DNA of 63,993 nucleotides, filler included, from Phoronis australis (Eukaryota > Animalia > Phoronida): NCBI GenBank assembly GCA_002633005.1. It is 6 parts of 6 records of this genome, joined end to end, with 100 filler letters (N's around TTAATTAATTAA, not from the genome) between each part and the next. Parts side by side here need not be neighbours in the genome. Positions count along the whole stretch, not along the records: positions 34,614 to 49,875 come from NMRA01000658.1; 5 more parts are not named here. The stretch is one strand, 5' to 3'. The position numbers and the translations under genes are program-made. The stretch's first letter is position 1. Each line of letters starts with the position of its first letter. The notes beneath the pieces are model-generated. The model made no database searches and was not told the DNA's origin. It saw only the letters and a list, made by a program, of their open reading frames with translations. Of the stretch, positions 35,871-48,712 are shown one piece after another.

Positions 35871-38800
35871 ATGCACAATCTTTCTGATGAGCCTGTTAAA
35901 GAGCCCCAGTATCTGACTACTAGGAAGGTCAAGCTCTCTCTCTAATGTGTCCACATCCTTGTGTTGCAAACCAAGGCCCAGCAGAATCGCCTGTTGAATA
36001 CAAGCATGACTTTCTTATCTACCTCCAGCACAGAATTTATATCGCATGTGCACACAAATGGTAAATAACACAGAAATATCCAGTTATTTTAAACGTATCA
36101 TTCGGTCATCCCTACAAATCTTGATAAAATGTTTGACTACTGCTATCAGTTTTGCAATCACATAATTTGTAGACTGACGTGAACCCGGGCTGTAATGTAC
36201 AAACTCTTAAATCACATAATTTGTAGACTGACGTGAACCCGGGCTGTAATGTACAAACTCTTAAATCACATAATTTGTAGACTGACGTGAACCCGGGCTG
36301 TAATGTACAAACTCTTAAATCACATAATTTGTAGACTGACGTGACCCCGGTCTGTAATGTACAAACTCTTAAATCGATCACAAAATCATATTTTACCCCA
36401 TCCGTCCTAATTAAATATTAACTCGAGATAGGTGTTAATTATTTTGTGCACAAATACATCTTGATAATACACAGACGAATTCCTAGTCCAAGTTGGCACT
36501 AATTGATCCCTAAATTCACGTTACAAAGTCCAGTGCAATCTCAAGATTTCGAGTAACGACTCGAAATTTCAAATTCAGACTCAAATTTACATCCTTTAAC
36601 ACTAGGGTCATCAAGTGCAAACTAGGGTTGTACAATTATAGAAGCAGACCATACAGTACTTGAGCAGACATTTATATTGAGTTCATACAATTAGAATAGA
36701 ACAGAAAATGTCAAAAATAATTTTGAGTCCAATTTCAAGCACAATGATTAGACCGTGAGCCCTGGTGGGTGTTTATCAACTAAGTTGGATCTGAAGGACT
36801 GAGTGTTTTACATGCAAACAGCGATGTGGCTGAAATTATGTAAATTCTATGACTGCATTTACTAATGGTACCCTGGGACTTTTAAGCTCTCTATATCAAA
36901 ACCAACCCCGCTTGCCAAACAACCAGAGCCAGTAACAAACTGGTCACTGAAATGAAGTTAACAAATTGGTCACTGAAATGAAGTTAACAAACTGGTCACT
37001 GAAATGAAGTTAACAAATTGGTCACTGAAATGAAGTTAACAAATTGGTCACTGAAATGAAGTTAACAAACTGGTCACTGAAATGAAGTTAACAAACTGGT
37101 CACTGAAATGAAGTTAACAAACTGGTCACTGAAATGAAGTTAACAAACTGGTCACTGAAATGAAGTTAACAAATTGGTCACTGAAATGAAGTTAACACAC
37201 GGTCTTCACAGCCAACTTAACAGCTTACTTTAGACTACATTAACACCATCAATCATTCTTAAGGTAACACCTACCGACTGGACAACGCTTAGGTTCACAT
37301 CGAGCCTGCGCAGGAAGTAGAGCCGCGCCAAAGTGGGCAGCAGGTCCATAATGAGATGATAGTCCACCATGTTCTTGGAGTAGAGTTCCAATCGCTTTAT
37401 ATCGTAGTGCATCAGGTGCACAGCCAACTCCTGAGCTGACAATCCTGCACAAAACAAATAGGCTGAACGGCCACATATTAAGCAAAAGCACCTGCACTCA
37501 AAAACTGGCTGCGTGGTCAGGACATATTAACTGAACAAATTATACAAAAAATGTACCTCTGACTCCTACAGATTAACGAAATAAAAAGACGACCAATAAA
37601 TTCATACAATATTTCTTAAATCTATTGGTCTATTTACACCCCCTCTAGCCTATTTACATTGACACAATGTTTCAGTCAGTCATTTATCCGAGTACCTCTT
37701 CTTTTAACTAAGAGCGTTGTAACACCTGAAGATGGCTGGAGAAGAAACTGACAGAAACATCATGCCAGTGTAAATAGGCTAGAGTTGGTGTAAATAGGCT
37801 AGAGGTGGTGTAAATAGGCTAGAGTTGGTGTAAATAGGCTAGAGTTGGTGAAAATAGGCTAGAGGTGGTGTAAATAGGCTAGAGGTGGTGTAAATAGGCT
37901 AGAGGTGGTGTAAATAGGCTACAGATGGTGTAAATAGGCTAGAGTTGGTGCAAATAGACCAATAGATTTAAGAAATAACGTTACCACATCACCACCTCAA
38001 AGCAGTTTTAGGAAGACAACATTTATGATCCAAAACATTGTATTACTAAGTAAACAAGTAATTCTGACAATTAAATAAACGGTAAATTCTTCCTTTGATT
38101 CTTCCTTTTGAAAAGATGGAATTATATGGTATACAAATCTGTGAAGAACTGTGACACTAAATACCAATGGATAATACATTCCACAGAGAAACACATTGAG
38201 CAAAGATGTTAGTTTTCCCAGAATTGGGTGGATGAAATGCATACTATTCTTATTTTTGGGTAAATAAACCAAAAATATTACACTAGATATATCAGCAAGA
38301 CTTTTCTAATTCTGTGAAATGGGTCGCCATTGCGTGAATAACGTCTGTTTTCCACTATCGACAGTAATCAACAATAACCGCAACTGACCTTGCTGCGGTG
38401 ACTTGAGTTTCTTCTGAGACAAGATATTGAGAGACATGGCAGGCAAGAAGGCTTTGAATTGATAAGATAGCAGGGAAACAAACCTGCGTTGAAAGTCTGA
38501 AACATAATAAATAAAAATGGTATATCAATAATTATGTTTAAGATGTGATTGACATTTAAAGAAATACAGGCAAAAATGGCTTCTTCGTACCAGCCTTACT
38601 AAAGTTGCCTGCACCACTTATTAGGTCAAGCCAAAATCGCAAACTTCAAACTGGAACAAATCAACTCAGCATTGTTCAGTCTTCCAGGCTTAAAAAGAAC
38701 TGACAGGCCATTTATTGTTTTACGCCAAGCCCATAAGTTGCCAGTCACAGTTGGTCACTGATAGTCACCAGACGTGTAGCCGCCAGACGTGTAGCCGCCA

Positions 38801-41800
38801 GACGTGTAGCCGCCAGACGTGTAGCCGCCAGACGTGTAGCCGCCAGACGTGTAGCCGCCAGACGTGTAGCCGCCAGACGTATAGTCGCCAGTGGAATTCC
38901 AGGCAACTTCAATTCAGACAAAGGATAAGAATGCCATGAGTTTGCTTTGGAAGTACGCACATGTATGAAGAGAAAGGTTGACACTGACTTTTAAAGATGC
39001 ATTAAGTTACAGCTATACTAACGCTCTTAACTAAACTTTTTTAAAGACCATGCATTTAGTTACAGCTATACTAACGCTCCTAACTAAACTTTATAAGACA
39101 GCCTCTATGCTTTTTGTTACTCAGAATAATATAAATAGCACAGTCATTCTATCCATTCATTCACAACACTGAGACCTCTGTATGCAAATATGGAACTAGC
39201 TGCTGACATCATTCCTAGACAAAGGAGACGGCTAACTCATCACGAAAAAAAACGTAATGATGGGTTCTCATCATCGAACAGTCGATTACAAACTAGACAA
39301 TAGAGCAGTAATGTGCACATTTAACTTAAAGGAACTAACAAAAACCAATCAACGATATGAACATTATTTAGTTGGTGGTGTTACCACTTTGTCAGAGTAC
39401 CTAGCCAGTAGGCGTCCAGCCACGAACACTCAAGTTTGTCCGTCTCATCTCCATTTAGTACTGACAGCATGATACACGAGTGTTCACCAGTGAGGTCATT
39501 CTGAAACAACCAATCACAGCGTCTGTTTATAACAGACTTCACCAAGCCTCACAAAACTGCTGCAAAACTGACAGCACAAATGGTCAATATTTTGAATAAG
39601 TGTCTCGTAACAAACAATAATTACATTAAACTCTCTCCAGCTTGGGTTAGTCTCTGAAATTTGGGAAAGTGAAATTCAAGCCAAAATTGAATTTCCCTTC
39701 ATTCTGAAGATTGGGACTTGGACAATTTTGGCATTCCATTGTATTTCGCAAATATCAGACACTGCATTTTGTATCTGAAAACAGAACTGGCAGCTCACAA
39801 AATTGTCGAAAATAAATGCCGATGAAACAGTTTCATGCGTCTCCATAATGTGTAACATTAAAGCAAATGGTTGTTTGTTGTTGATCACAATTCTGGAACT
39901 TAGGAAGACCAATATCTACATCTAAAATTTTGTACAAATTCATTTTCAGTGTCCCAAACTGAAGAACTTTTATTATGCAGAAAAGGAATGATATTCTGAA
40001 ATAAGAAACTTACAATAAGAATAGCCCTCCAACATCAGCCAAAGTCACTTACAGAGGTCAAAGTTTCAGAGAACCAGTTTGAAGCCTGTTACTCAGTGGA
40101 TAAAACTGGTTCTCAAAACATGGGACCCCTGCAAGTGACCATTACCCAGCCACCAATACAATACAAACATTTAGCAGACACATTCCTCATTTCATGACCA
40201 GCTACACTAACTGCATTTGCTTTGTCACTGAGTGTGCTGCCCTCCTTTGAGCATAGCTTGTATAACCCTCAGTCTTTACTATGCTGACAAAGGGCAAGTC
40301 TAGCTATTTCAGATGACTACCAAAGACTGCTAGGCAAGAATCATCAGATGCACGTGTTAAGCTTCCTGATTATACAGTCACCACAAGAAACATGTTCTAG
40401 CACTGCAAGATTTTCTTTGCAGGCATGTTTGCTCTTCCAAAACAACTTATCCTTCACTTGAATTGACATCGGTTGCAATAAAATGCTTAGAATTCTTGCG
40501 ACCATACTGCTTCGGCACATGAATCTTACCTGTCGTGACAGGCAAACTTCGTGTGCCTCGCCTGAAGCAACAGTAAACTGTTGGTTAATCTCAAAAACAG
40601 AAACCAGTTCCATTCTTAATAAGGAAAAAATTGAGACAGAACTTCATAACGGCAAGTAGTCTGAATCAAAAGTTGTTTTTTGGCAGAAGGCGTGGGTTCA
40701 CTGCACCTTTAGCCTATTTTATTTTAAAATGTACGGCGGAAAAAAATAGTTTCAGAATCACCAGTCTACTCAAAACAAACCATATTTTCTTGCTGCTTGA
40801 GTAGCTTGGTATTCAATTTTTACTTACCGGAGTCTGTCTCAAATAAACTGGAACGAATTTGGCTCTCTTCCAGAATCTAGAAATCAATCAATCGCACTTT
40901 ACAACATGACAACAACATTTTTTAAATAAACATTACTTTTTACAGCTGTTCTCCATAATAAATTTCTATTCTAAGCAGTAAATACACTCTACTGAAATGC
41001 CGAATCGAATACCTAACTCCTAAGCCACACTGTCTACTTCCAATAGCAAGACACGCATTACATCAATGAAACAACTGCAAGTCACACAAAACATAACTAA
41101 AAGGTGTATTTTGCCATAACTGTTCATCAATCGATGTCAAATTTTTTACCAAATGAATGAAGAGCTCTGGAGTTTACAAAACATAGTCATCCAAACTTGG
41201 AATTACTGCTGAGTGAACCTGCAATTCAAGTTAATGCAATGATGACGCGCAAAATTTTTGAACTGGCAATTTTAGAGTTGGCCAACCGCGATAACCTCTA
41301 AAGCATTTTCTTGAGGTGCTCACGGTTTCAATGTTCCTTTTACAAGAGGCAATATTTTCAATGTTCTTTTTACAAGAGGCAATATTTTCAATGTTCTTTT
41401 TACAAGAGACAATATTTTCCTATCACCATAAGGAACCCAATTCTTATTTTGGCACAATGTAGCTATAAAATATTTTAACATCAGTTCTTGAATACAGATT
41501 AAGTGCCAATCTATGCAGACACAGAGGATTTCATGGCAAACATTTTGTTGTTTTAAGATTAGACTTTGATTAAAATTTAACAGCATCATCAGCAAAAAAC
41601 AGGAAATACACCATGTGTCTTCGACTGTTGGGGATTCTTCCTGACGATTCTTTGGGACTAAAAGGTTCACCATGAACTTTGTTTTAGGAGTGCTGATCCG
41701 GTAAAATCTCAATTTTGGACAAAAATCGTCACCAAAAATGACACTTTTTTCATTTTTAAAGGGCTTCTCAGTGTTTGAATTCCCATAATTTTCCAAAACT

Positions 41801-44800
41801 TTGTTTAATGGTATCTGTGGGACAACACTGTCTTGAACATGGATGAGCATTTAATTTTGTGCTATGTATGTTTCACCAGAAAAATTATAAAATTTCACTT
41901 GCCAGACATATTGTATCCTAATTTGGTGTGACTTTACGGCAATCAGTGTATAATTTATAATCTTCAAAACAATCTGCAAATTAAAATCATACACGGGTTG
42001 CATGGTGCCAACGTTGAACCAAACCTCTCATCTTCAAGTGGTCGATAAAAGCGCCTGTACAAACTAAGTTTACCTGATGGAATAAGTTTTTCATTGCTGT
42101 CCGATATTATGTTCAATAGCTGAATCACTTATTGAAAAGCATTGAGAGTCTGGTGAGTCGGACGTTTCCGCTCTCTCTCTCTCTAAGGGCCTTGTTCACT
42201 GACTGGAATTCTCGCGTCAGGTTGACCTGGTTCTAGGGATCAAGGTCTACAGCTCCCAGCGGTGCACAACCTAATTCTATAATCAGGTCAACCTGACGCA
42301 GGAAATCCAGTCAATAAACAAGGCTCCTGGAGAGAGGGCAGAAATGTCTGACTCAACAGATTCTCAATGCTCTTCAGTAAGTGATTTACTTAATATTGAA
42401 CATAAGTTTACCCGCACGTGACGACAAAGGCAGAGATAACCCAGTTGATCAACAGCCAGCTTTCACTAATGCATGATCGTACTTAACTAAGAAGTTAATA
42501 CGTCATAGATTTTCCAGTTCAGTTAAATAGTCAACAGTGGCGACCCTTCCCTTCAACTCATCAAAGGTACCACTTATAGCGTAGCTACTCATAAGACATA
42601 CACTTACTTCAAGAGGCCAGACGTGAGACCGTAAGATACACCCAGATAGTCCAAACTCTCTGCTGTTCGCTCGCTCAGCTTGGACAACAGTGGGGGAAGA
42701 TTCTTCCTAGGCCTGAGTTGCTCATTCAACAAACCAACATCCTGTAAATGAAAATTATTTTACAGATTGTTTCATCTTAAATACAATTTTTATATAGGCG
42801 AAGCTCTCTTGACATTTGTTCTGGATCTCTGAACAACATTCAGTGGGATGTCACCTAATGCTACAGTAAAAATTCTCCAGTTTGGGACATTCTCTTGAGT
42901 ATGGGACACGGAGAGTCCCATAAAAAATTAATTTTGATTCTAGACTTTGGCACAAGGGCGATTTTGCCATTCACCATATTTCTAAAATTTTGGACAAAGT
43001 GCTTTCACTCTACAGAGTGGGTAATTTTGCAGTCTTTTCAGCGATTCTTGAATTTGGGATGGTCAATATTGCCCATTTCTAAAATTTGGGACAAGATCTG
43101 ACCTTATAAAAAATAATTGCAGGCGGTCTGGTACATGTTGTACTAGATGTACACAGGCCACCCATGTGGGCCCATTGCACTGATCACCTGGAACTACTTT
43201 TGTGCTTTATTAATATATAATTACCGTAAACGTTCGGGTTAACGACCATGCTCAGTTAACCACCCACCCCCTACTTTAGGTGGATTTTTGATTTAACCGC
43301 CCACTGCTAGGTTAACCGCTCATCTGCGATTTTTGAAGATTTCCAATTAAGCGCCCACCTCTCGGTTAAGCGCCCATCCCCGACTTTTAAAGATTGAAGA
43401 TTTAGCGCCCAGTGCTACGCAAACGCGTGATGCCTCGACTTTTAGATCGATGAACACAACTAGAGTGCAACGTCGGCCTCCGAGCCGGCGGTTTGGCAAT
43501 TTGAATTATAATACAAGTAACGAATTCTTGTCTCGGGTCATGGATTTACTTCAAAATATAATACTTGAACGTTTTGTCTCTATATTTTCTTCCCATGTTC
43601 AAAAAGTTTAAGAACCCCGCCGGCTTCAATGCCTTCGCTTTTAGCGAAGCGGTCTGCCGTGCTGAGTAACTGTCTGCAGTGCACTACATAAAACATATAT
43701 TCAAAAAAAATCGGGCCAGAGAAATGTGACAGTGGTTTCGCCAACCCTTCCAATTTGCTTTTGGTAGGAAGCTCTCGTATTTTGAAGAATTTCCATAACT
43801 CTCGGAAAGATGTCAAATTCTCCCTGTTTCGATGAGTTTAATTGCCAGGTTATCGAGGATGTGTAACGACCGAACTGACAATGTACCTCGATAGCCGATT
43901 TGCTGTCTCTCAATTTCTGAATTCAAAGGTTGGCAATACGTGTTACTGGATGATGGTGTATCATCTTGAAGAAATAAAAAACTGCAAGTCAAATTTTGTT
44001 TTTCGCTTATTGCATCTCAAACAAGTTGGCGATAGCAGATTCCGCCAAAGTCGCTGGCGGTTCTTTACAGTACAATTTCCTGCGACAGGCTTAACTGTGA
44101 ATTATTGTATCCACCTAGCCTTTTAGCTTCCCGAATATTTTTGTTTCTGCATTGGGCAGTTTCAGCCTGAACAAAATTCTTACCATTCAAGTCTGAGACA
44201 TCTACGACATAACTGATTGAAAACTGGCGACAGTGGTAATGACGTGCACGCAGCTAGCTATGGGCATGGAACATCGGGTCCAGGGAACATCGAGCCGGGG
44301 AAATATTGGAACAGACTTGACATCGTAGTTTTGGGTCATTGGAACGGTGGAATATCGTAAAACACTGGGTTTTTCGTAACANAACTGTGAATTATCGTAT
44401 CCACCTAGCCTTTTAGCTTCCCGAATATTTTTGTTTCTACATTGGACAGTTTCAGCCTGAACAAAATTCTTACCATTCGAGTCTGAGACATCTACGACGT
44501 AACTGATTGAAAACTGGCGACAGTGGTAATGACGTGCACGCAGCTAGCTATGGGCATGGAACATCGGGTCCAGGGAACATCGAGCCGGGAAATATTGGAA
44601 CAGACTTGACATCGTAGTTTTGGGTCATTGGAACGGAGGAATATCGTAAAACACTGGGTTTTTCGTAACAACAGCTTAAAAGTACAGTCGCGCCGGTGTA
44701 CTCCTTTACGTAGGGCTGTCACTGTTCTCTTTTGATGTGCGATCTCTGAAGTGGTGCACATTTTTAAGTTCCCACACTCTGGTGTGCATGTTACCTTGAC

Positions 44801-46707
44801 AACAACATATGTGATTGACAGGTGACTCATACGTACGCACGTGCTGAATCCAGCCGCTGTCTTTTGTCACATAAAACAAGACCCATATTGAAAGAGGCTG
44901 TTAAATTACTTGACGGCATTTCCAAGTCTAGTGACAGCATATTGTGCGCAAACAGCGGGACTGACCAGTGCCGCAGTGTGATATTGCCGTAGGTGATATT
45001 ATAATAGGATAATCTGTACATATTGCGTGTAAAATAAAGGTGTTTTTCGAGTTGCTTTATATTTGCCAGGTAGGTCCACCTATTTTACCCAAAAAAAAAC
45101 CGGCTCAAGTAGGTTGTAATTTCCTGGTGGCAGGTACAAGACGTCTATAATCTCGGCTCGCATTTCCCAATTTCAGGTCGCCAATGCGACCTGCAGTTCG
45201 TTATGCCGAGCGCGGAGTCTCGGTTGTAAAACACTGACTCGGAAAGGACGCGTTGCTGGTTGAAACTCTTCACTAATTTAGTCGTATAGCCGCGCAAACC
45301 ATGGATGCCGGTTACCCGAAGAATTGGGGCTACATCTACGAACTGTTTTTTACTGACGCAGATACGTGTACAAACTGGTAATTTTTTCCTCAGACTCTAC
45401 TGAACGCGCTCACTAGACTCATCCCCAGTCATAGTGCTAGTAATTTTAAAATAAAATCTTAAGCAAATGCTTGTTTTTGAGAAATGCCTTTGCGGTAACT
45501 TTTGATAGACGACTGGCTCATGTCCACTTACCCCTGATTCTCATCTTCTTTGCGTGGCATGTTTCACGTAATTGGAAGTAGGCAATGCCGGGCGGTCGAG
45601 ATAAAACAGCTAGCCACAGAACCATACGTTGAAAATGAGTCATAGAGTCTAATCTAATCTAATCTAATCTAATCTAATCTCCAACATAAACATCCCAAAA
45701 ACAAAAAAACACCTGAATTTGTTTTTCAAACTTTTATTACGTCATTAACTTTAAAAAAGGTCTTTGACTCAGAACTTGACAGCTAGCACCTTAAATTTGA
45801 TGTCTGCTGTGACCTCTGCAACACGTGAAGCTCGCACGAGCGCACTTCTAAAGTGCCATCGCTTGAGAATAGTTGCAATCCAAGTTATTGTTACTGGTCG
45901 TCTGCGCACTACAGCTCTAATAAGATCGCAGGACAGCACAGGGCTATTACTCACCAATTTTGTAAATTTAATTGTGATTGACTAATTGGGATCGTCTGCT
46001 GTTATGACACTTTTAGTGACATTTGGCGACTTGATGATAAAGCTCTTTGAAAAGTTCTACACGTTCCGAGTACGGGTGTAGTGTGGTACTCTGATCATGA
46101 GGTAAGATTAACCGCCCAGGGCGGTTGTCTGTCGTAATAAGCGCCCATGTCAAGTCAACGGCCCACCCTGGATTTCTTGAAATTTCACGTTTAAGCGCTC
46201 ATGTCTGGTTAACCGCCCACCCCCGATTTTTTGGGTTTGCCAATTTAACTGCCCAGGGCGTTAACCCCGAACGTTTACGGTAAAACCGAGCTGAGGAGCT
46301 AGAAACTCGACTCAAGGGTGTAGCAGTTTGGCCCAGTGAGACTCGAACCCATGACCTCAAGTCAAGAAGGCGGGCACCTATCACACTAGGCCACACTGTC
46401 TGCTCAAGATCTGACCTTGAGCAAAATAATTAATTTTTCACTGTCCCAAACTGGAGAAATTGTACCATAGACCTCTCAATATAGCACTGCACTGAGTCTC
46501 AATAAAGCCACTGCACTGAGTCTCAATAAAGCCACTGCACTGAGTCTCAATAAAGCCACTGCACTGAGTCTCAATAAAGTCACTCCTCACCTCTTTCTGC
46601 ACTGTGCTTATCTCAGGCTCCTCCCCCCTGTCACTCTCACTTAAGCTGGGTACCTTACCCTCATAGTACCGCCGCAGTAACTCCATACAACGACTACCAT
46701 AACCCAT
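35871..46707 (-). CDS. NAT10: RNA cytidine acetyltransferase NAT10/Kre33, seven internal exons: 46591-46707, 42608-42741, 40828-40876, 39401-39500, 38389-38496, 37275-37444, 35871-35990
   Basis: Spliced in frame (all GT-AG): MGYGSRCMELLRRYYEGK.. DVGLLNEQLRPRKNLPPLLSKLSER...LDYLGVSYGLT..LLKFWKRAKFVPVYLRQTPNDLTGEHSCIML...DFQRRFVSLLSYQF...YDIKRLELYSKNMVDYHLIMDLLP..ARLYF...QSAILLGLGLQHK.VD.LE.EL.LPSSQILGLFNR.IRK. The 5' and last exons were not found. Confidence 0.97.
36156..36373. repeat. 54-bp minisatellite x4
   Basis: AATCACATAATTTGTAGACTGACGTGAACCCGGGCTGTAATGTACAAACTCTTA repeated. Confidence 0.95.
36933..37197. repeat. 26-bp minisatellite x10
   Basis: AACAAA(C/T)TGGTCACTGAAATGAAGTT repeated with no spacers. 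Confidence 0.95.
37610..37977. mobile_element. Foldback MITE with a 20-bp subterminal repeat expanded about 9 times in one arm
   Basis: TIR TATTTCTTAAATCTATTGGTCTATTT / AAATAGACCAATAGATTTAAGAAATA. GTGTAAATAGGCTAGAG(T/G)TG repeated at 37768-37950. Confidence 0.85.
38767..38891. repeat. 15-bp minisatellite x8
   Basis: GCCAGACGTGTAGCC repeated. Confidence 0.95.
41326..41420. repeat. 30-bp tandem repeat, about 2.5-3 copies
   Basis: TTTCAATGTTCTTTTTACAAGAGGCAATAT repeated. Confidence 0.85.
42107..42406. repeat. ~300-bp imperfect palindrome (foldback MITE-like) in a NAT10 intron
   Basis: The arms pair along about 130 nt: TTATGTTCAATA/TATTGAACATAA, AGCATTGAGA/TCTCAATGCT, GCGTCAGGTTGACCTG/CAGGTCAACCTGACGC. 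Confidence 0.85.
43222..46282 (+). mobile_element. Complete ~3.06-kb non-autonomous DNA transposon with TIRs and TA flanks (Tc1/mariner-pogo-like ends)
   Basis: TA|CCGTAAACGTTCGGGTTAACG ... CGTTAACCCCGAACGTTTACGG|TA. Multiple subterminal TTAACCGCCCA repeats at both ends. No transposase ORF recognised. Internal ~290-bp duplication at an n (about 44382) and (TCTAA)n at about 45648. Confidence 0.9.
46286..46398 (-). mobile_element. tRNA-derived SINE head
   Basis: Minus strand GTGGCCTAGTG (A box) ... GGTTCGAGTCTC (B box); no complete cloverleaf. Confidence 0.6.
46484..46580. repeat. 24-bp minisatellite x4, about 10 nt inside a NAT10 donor site
   Basis: CACTGCACTGAGTCTCAATAAAGC repeated. Confidence 0.95.
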
Positions 46708-47794
46708 CTGAAAAACAATCATTCAAAGGTACATCGAGTGCCGCTTAAGTAAAATACGAATACAAGGACATCCCATTTCCCACAAAGGCGAGTATCAAAT
46801 GTTTTTATTTCAATTTGCGAGATCAAACACAGCAAGTTGAACCTTCCTCTTTTCTAAGGCCACACTGTTGTGGAGTTCATAGGCATGACCCGCCAATGTA
46901 GTGTTCTGCGACACAGTACAGCATGAGATGCTAAGTCCATCAAACCACCACAAGCATAGGGAGTACAAATCATGAAATTTAAAACACAAACTTTTAACCT
47001 GCACCAAGAGAAGACATATTACTGAGCTTGCTACTTAGTATGACATTAACTCGCTAAATGAGAACGGGTGAAATCCCCACATCACCAAATGGAAAATGAG
47101 CTCAACAAAACAAGGAAACCTGGTATGCGGCAATGTGAAAGTCCTGGTGTTTCCCCAAACAGGCAGACTCCCATCTGTTTACTTCCTGTTGTAATTTGAG
47201 CACTTGTGCATGTTTTCTGATGGTGGCAGGTGTACCAATTTCACAAAAACAAATAGAACAAACGTACTGTATGTGGGAAAAATGTTCTTAATTCTTCAAG
47301 TTCTAAGTAACCACATATTTCTAAGCGAATTGTAGGTGAATTCTTCTTGGTCTGCCTTCTTCTGACTTGATAACAACCCCCAAAAATCCATCAATTTTAA
47401 AATCAGGACGTGATTTTTACTGGGTAGCCAAACAAGTGGACTTGCAGTCACCAAATCAAGCTCTGTATTAAAAAGCAAAGCTAACAAGACAGCACAACTG
47501 ACAATATGCAGTAACAAGTTTTCCTGAGATCAACCAAGCTTATAAGCATTAACATGCATTGAACAGATTCAACCTCAGCTAATACCAACACTTCAGATAC
47601 ACATAGCAGTTCCTCAGGCAGATAGCAGCTAACAGATGTCTTGGCTGTAACTTTGCTGAGGGAAACTGGACACCCAAGATATTTATTGATAGTAATTAAA
47701 TGAGGCACAACATCAAGATTCAAACAGAGGTTATGTAACACCAGTGGTTCTTCGGTTTTTTCACTAGTATGCAGACACATCTTCAAGACACTCT

Positions 47795-48000
47795 TAGAAA
47801 ATATGAGCACAGTCCCAGAAATCGTTTTCGCATTATATCCAAGATTTCATTCATTCCATTATATACAATTAGTAGTAAGACCGAGTTCAGGAGGAGTAGG
47901 AGACATGTTTGTGCAATGCTCGATTGTCTGCCAGTAAAGCCGGGATTTGAACCCGAGTCTCCCAAACGCGAGTTCAAAGGTCAAACTACTGAGCCACACT
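47795..48000 (-). mobile_element. tRNA-derived SINE; body also present at about 58064-58165
   Basis: Minus strand GTGGCTCAGTAG (A box), GGTTCAAATCCC (B box). Body CCCAGAAATCG..GCATTATATCCA..CATTCATTCC..TAGTAAGACCGAG is shared with 58080-58150. Confidence 0.7.
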
Positions 48001-48018
48001 GTCTTCATTATGCCATAT

Positions 48019-48220
48019 TGACAGTAACAGTTTTATCTTTCCTTGCATGCATTATCATTTGACAGTAACAGTTTTATCTTTCCTTGCATGCATTATCATT
48101 TGACAGTAACAGTTTTATCTTTCCTTGAATGCATTATCATTTGACAGTAACAGTTTTATCTTTCCTTGCATGCATTATCATTTGACAGTAACAGTTTTAT
48201 CTTTCCTTGCATGCATTATC
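48019..48220. repeat. 41-bp minisatellite x5
   Basis: TGACAGTAACAGTTTTATCTTTCCTTGCATGCATTATCATT repeated. Confidence 0.95.
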
Positions 48221-48712
48221 AGCCCATTAAGTGAACAACTCTATACATTTACTTCCAACCACAGTACACACCAAAAACAATCAGACAAAATGATCCAGAA
48301 TTCCCCCATCATGACGATTGAGCACAAACAGAATACCTCGTCAAAATGGCGGAGTACAAGTGCAGCAATTCACCATCAGAATGACCAATCATGACTGGAT
48401 AATCATATCTTTGTTTGTCAATGATTATTATTGTGATTATTATTGTCTAATCTCAACTACATATTACTGTGATAATTTTCCAGTTTGGGACAGTCTCTAA
48501 ACAGCAATTGAATTTTATTGATTCTCAAAATTGGGACACTCGTTATATTTCTCAAATTTACAGGGCTTGGAATGACCCATGACAAAAATGAGGAAATTTT
48601 TACGGCGCCCTAAATACACATTTCAATCTAAACCATACCTCAACAAATCGAAAGTAAACATTAGTATCACAAGATGCCCTGTTAATATGTCCTGTTGGCA
48701 AAACCACTCATT

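Noticed and set aside
36933-37197. CRISPR-like array of 26-bp repeats (also the 54-, 41- and 24-bp arrays)
   Set aside because: The units are contiguous with no unique spacers, there are no cas genes, and the context is eukaryotic intron DNA.
38715-38984. ORFs with repeated peptides (QTCSR/RLAAT; also 36112-36381 and the 46438-46590 tail)
   Set aside because: They are translations of intronic minisatellites.
47930-48000. tRNA genes (also 46330-46398)
   Set aside because: A and B boxes are present but there is no proper cloverleaf; these are SINE heads.
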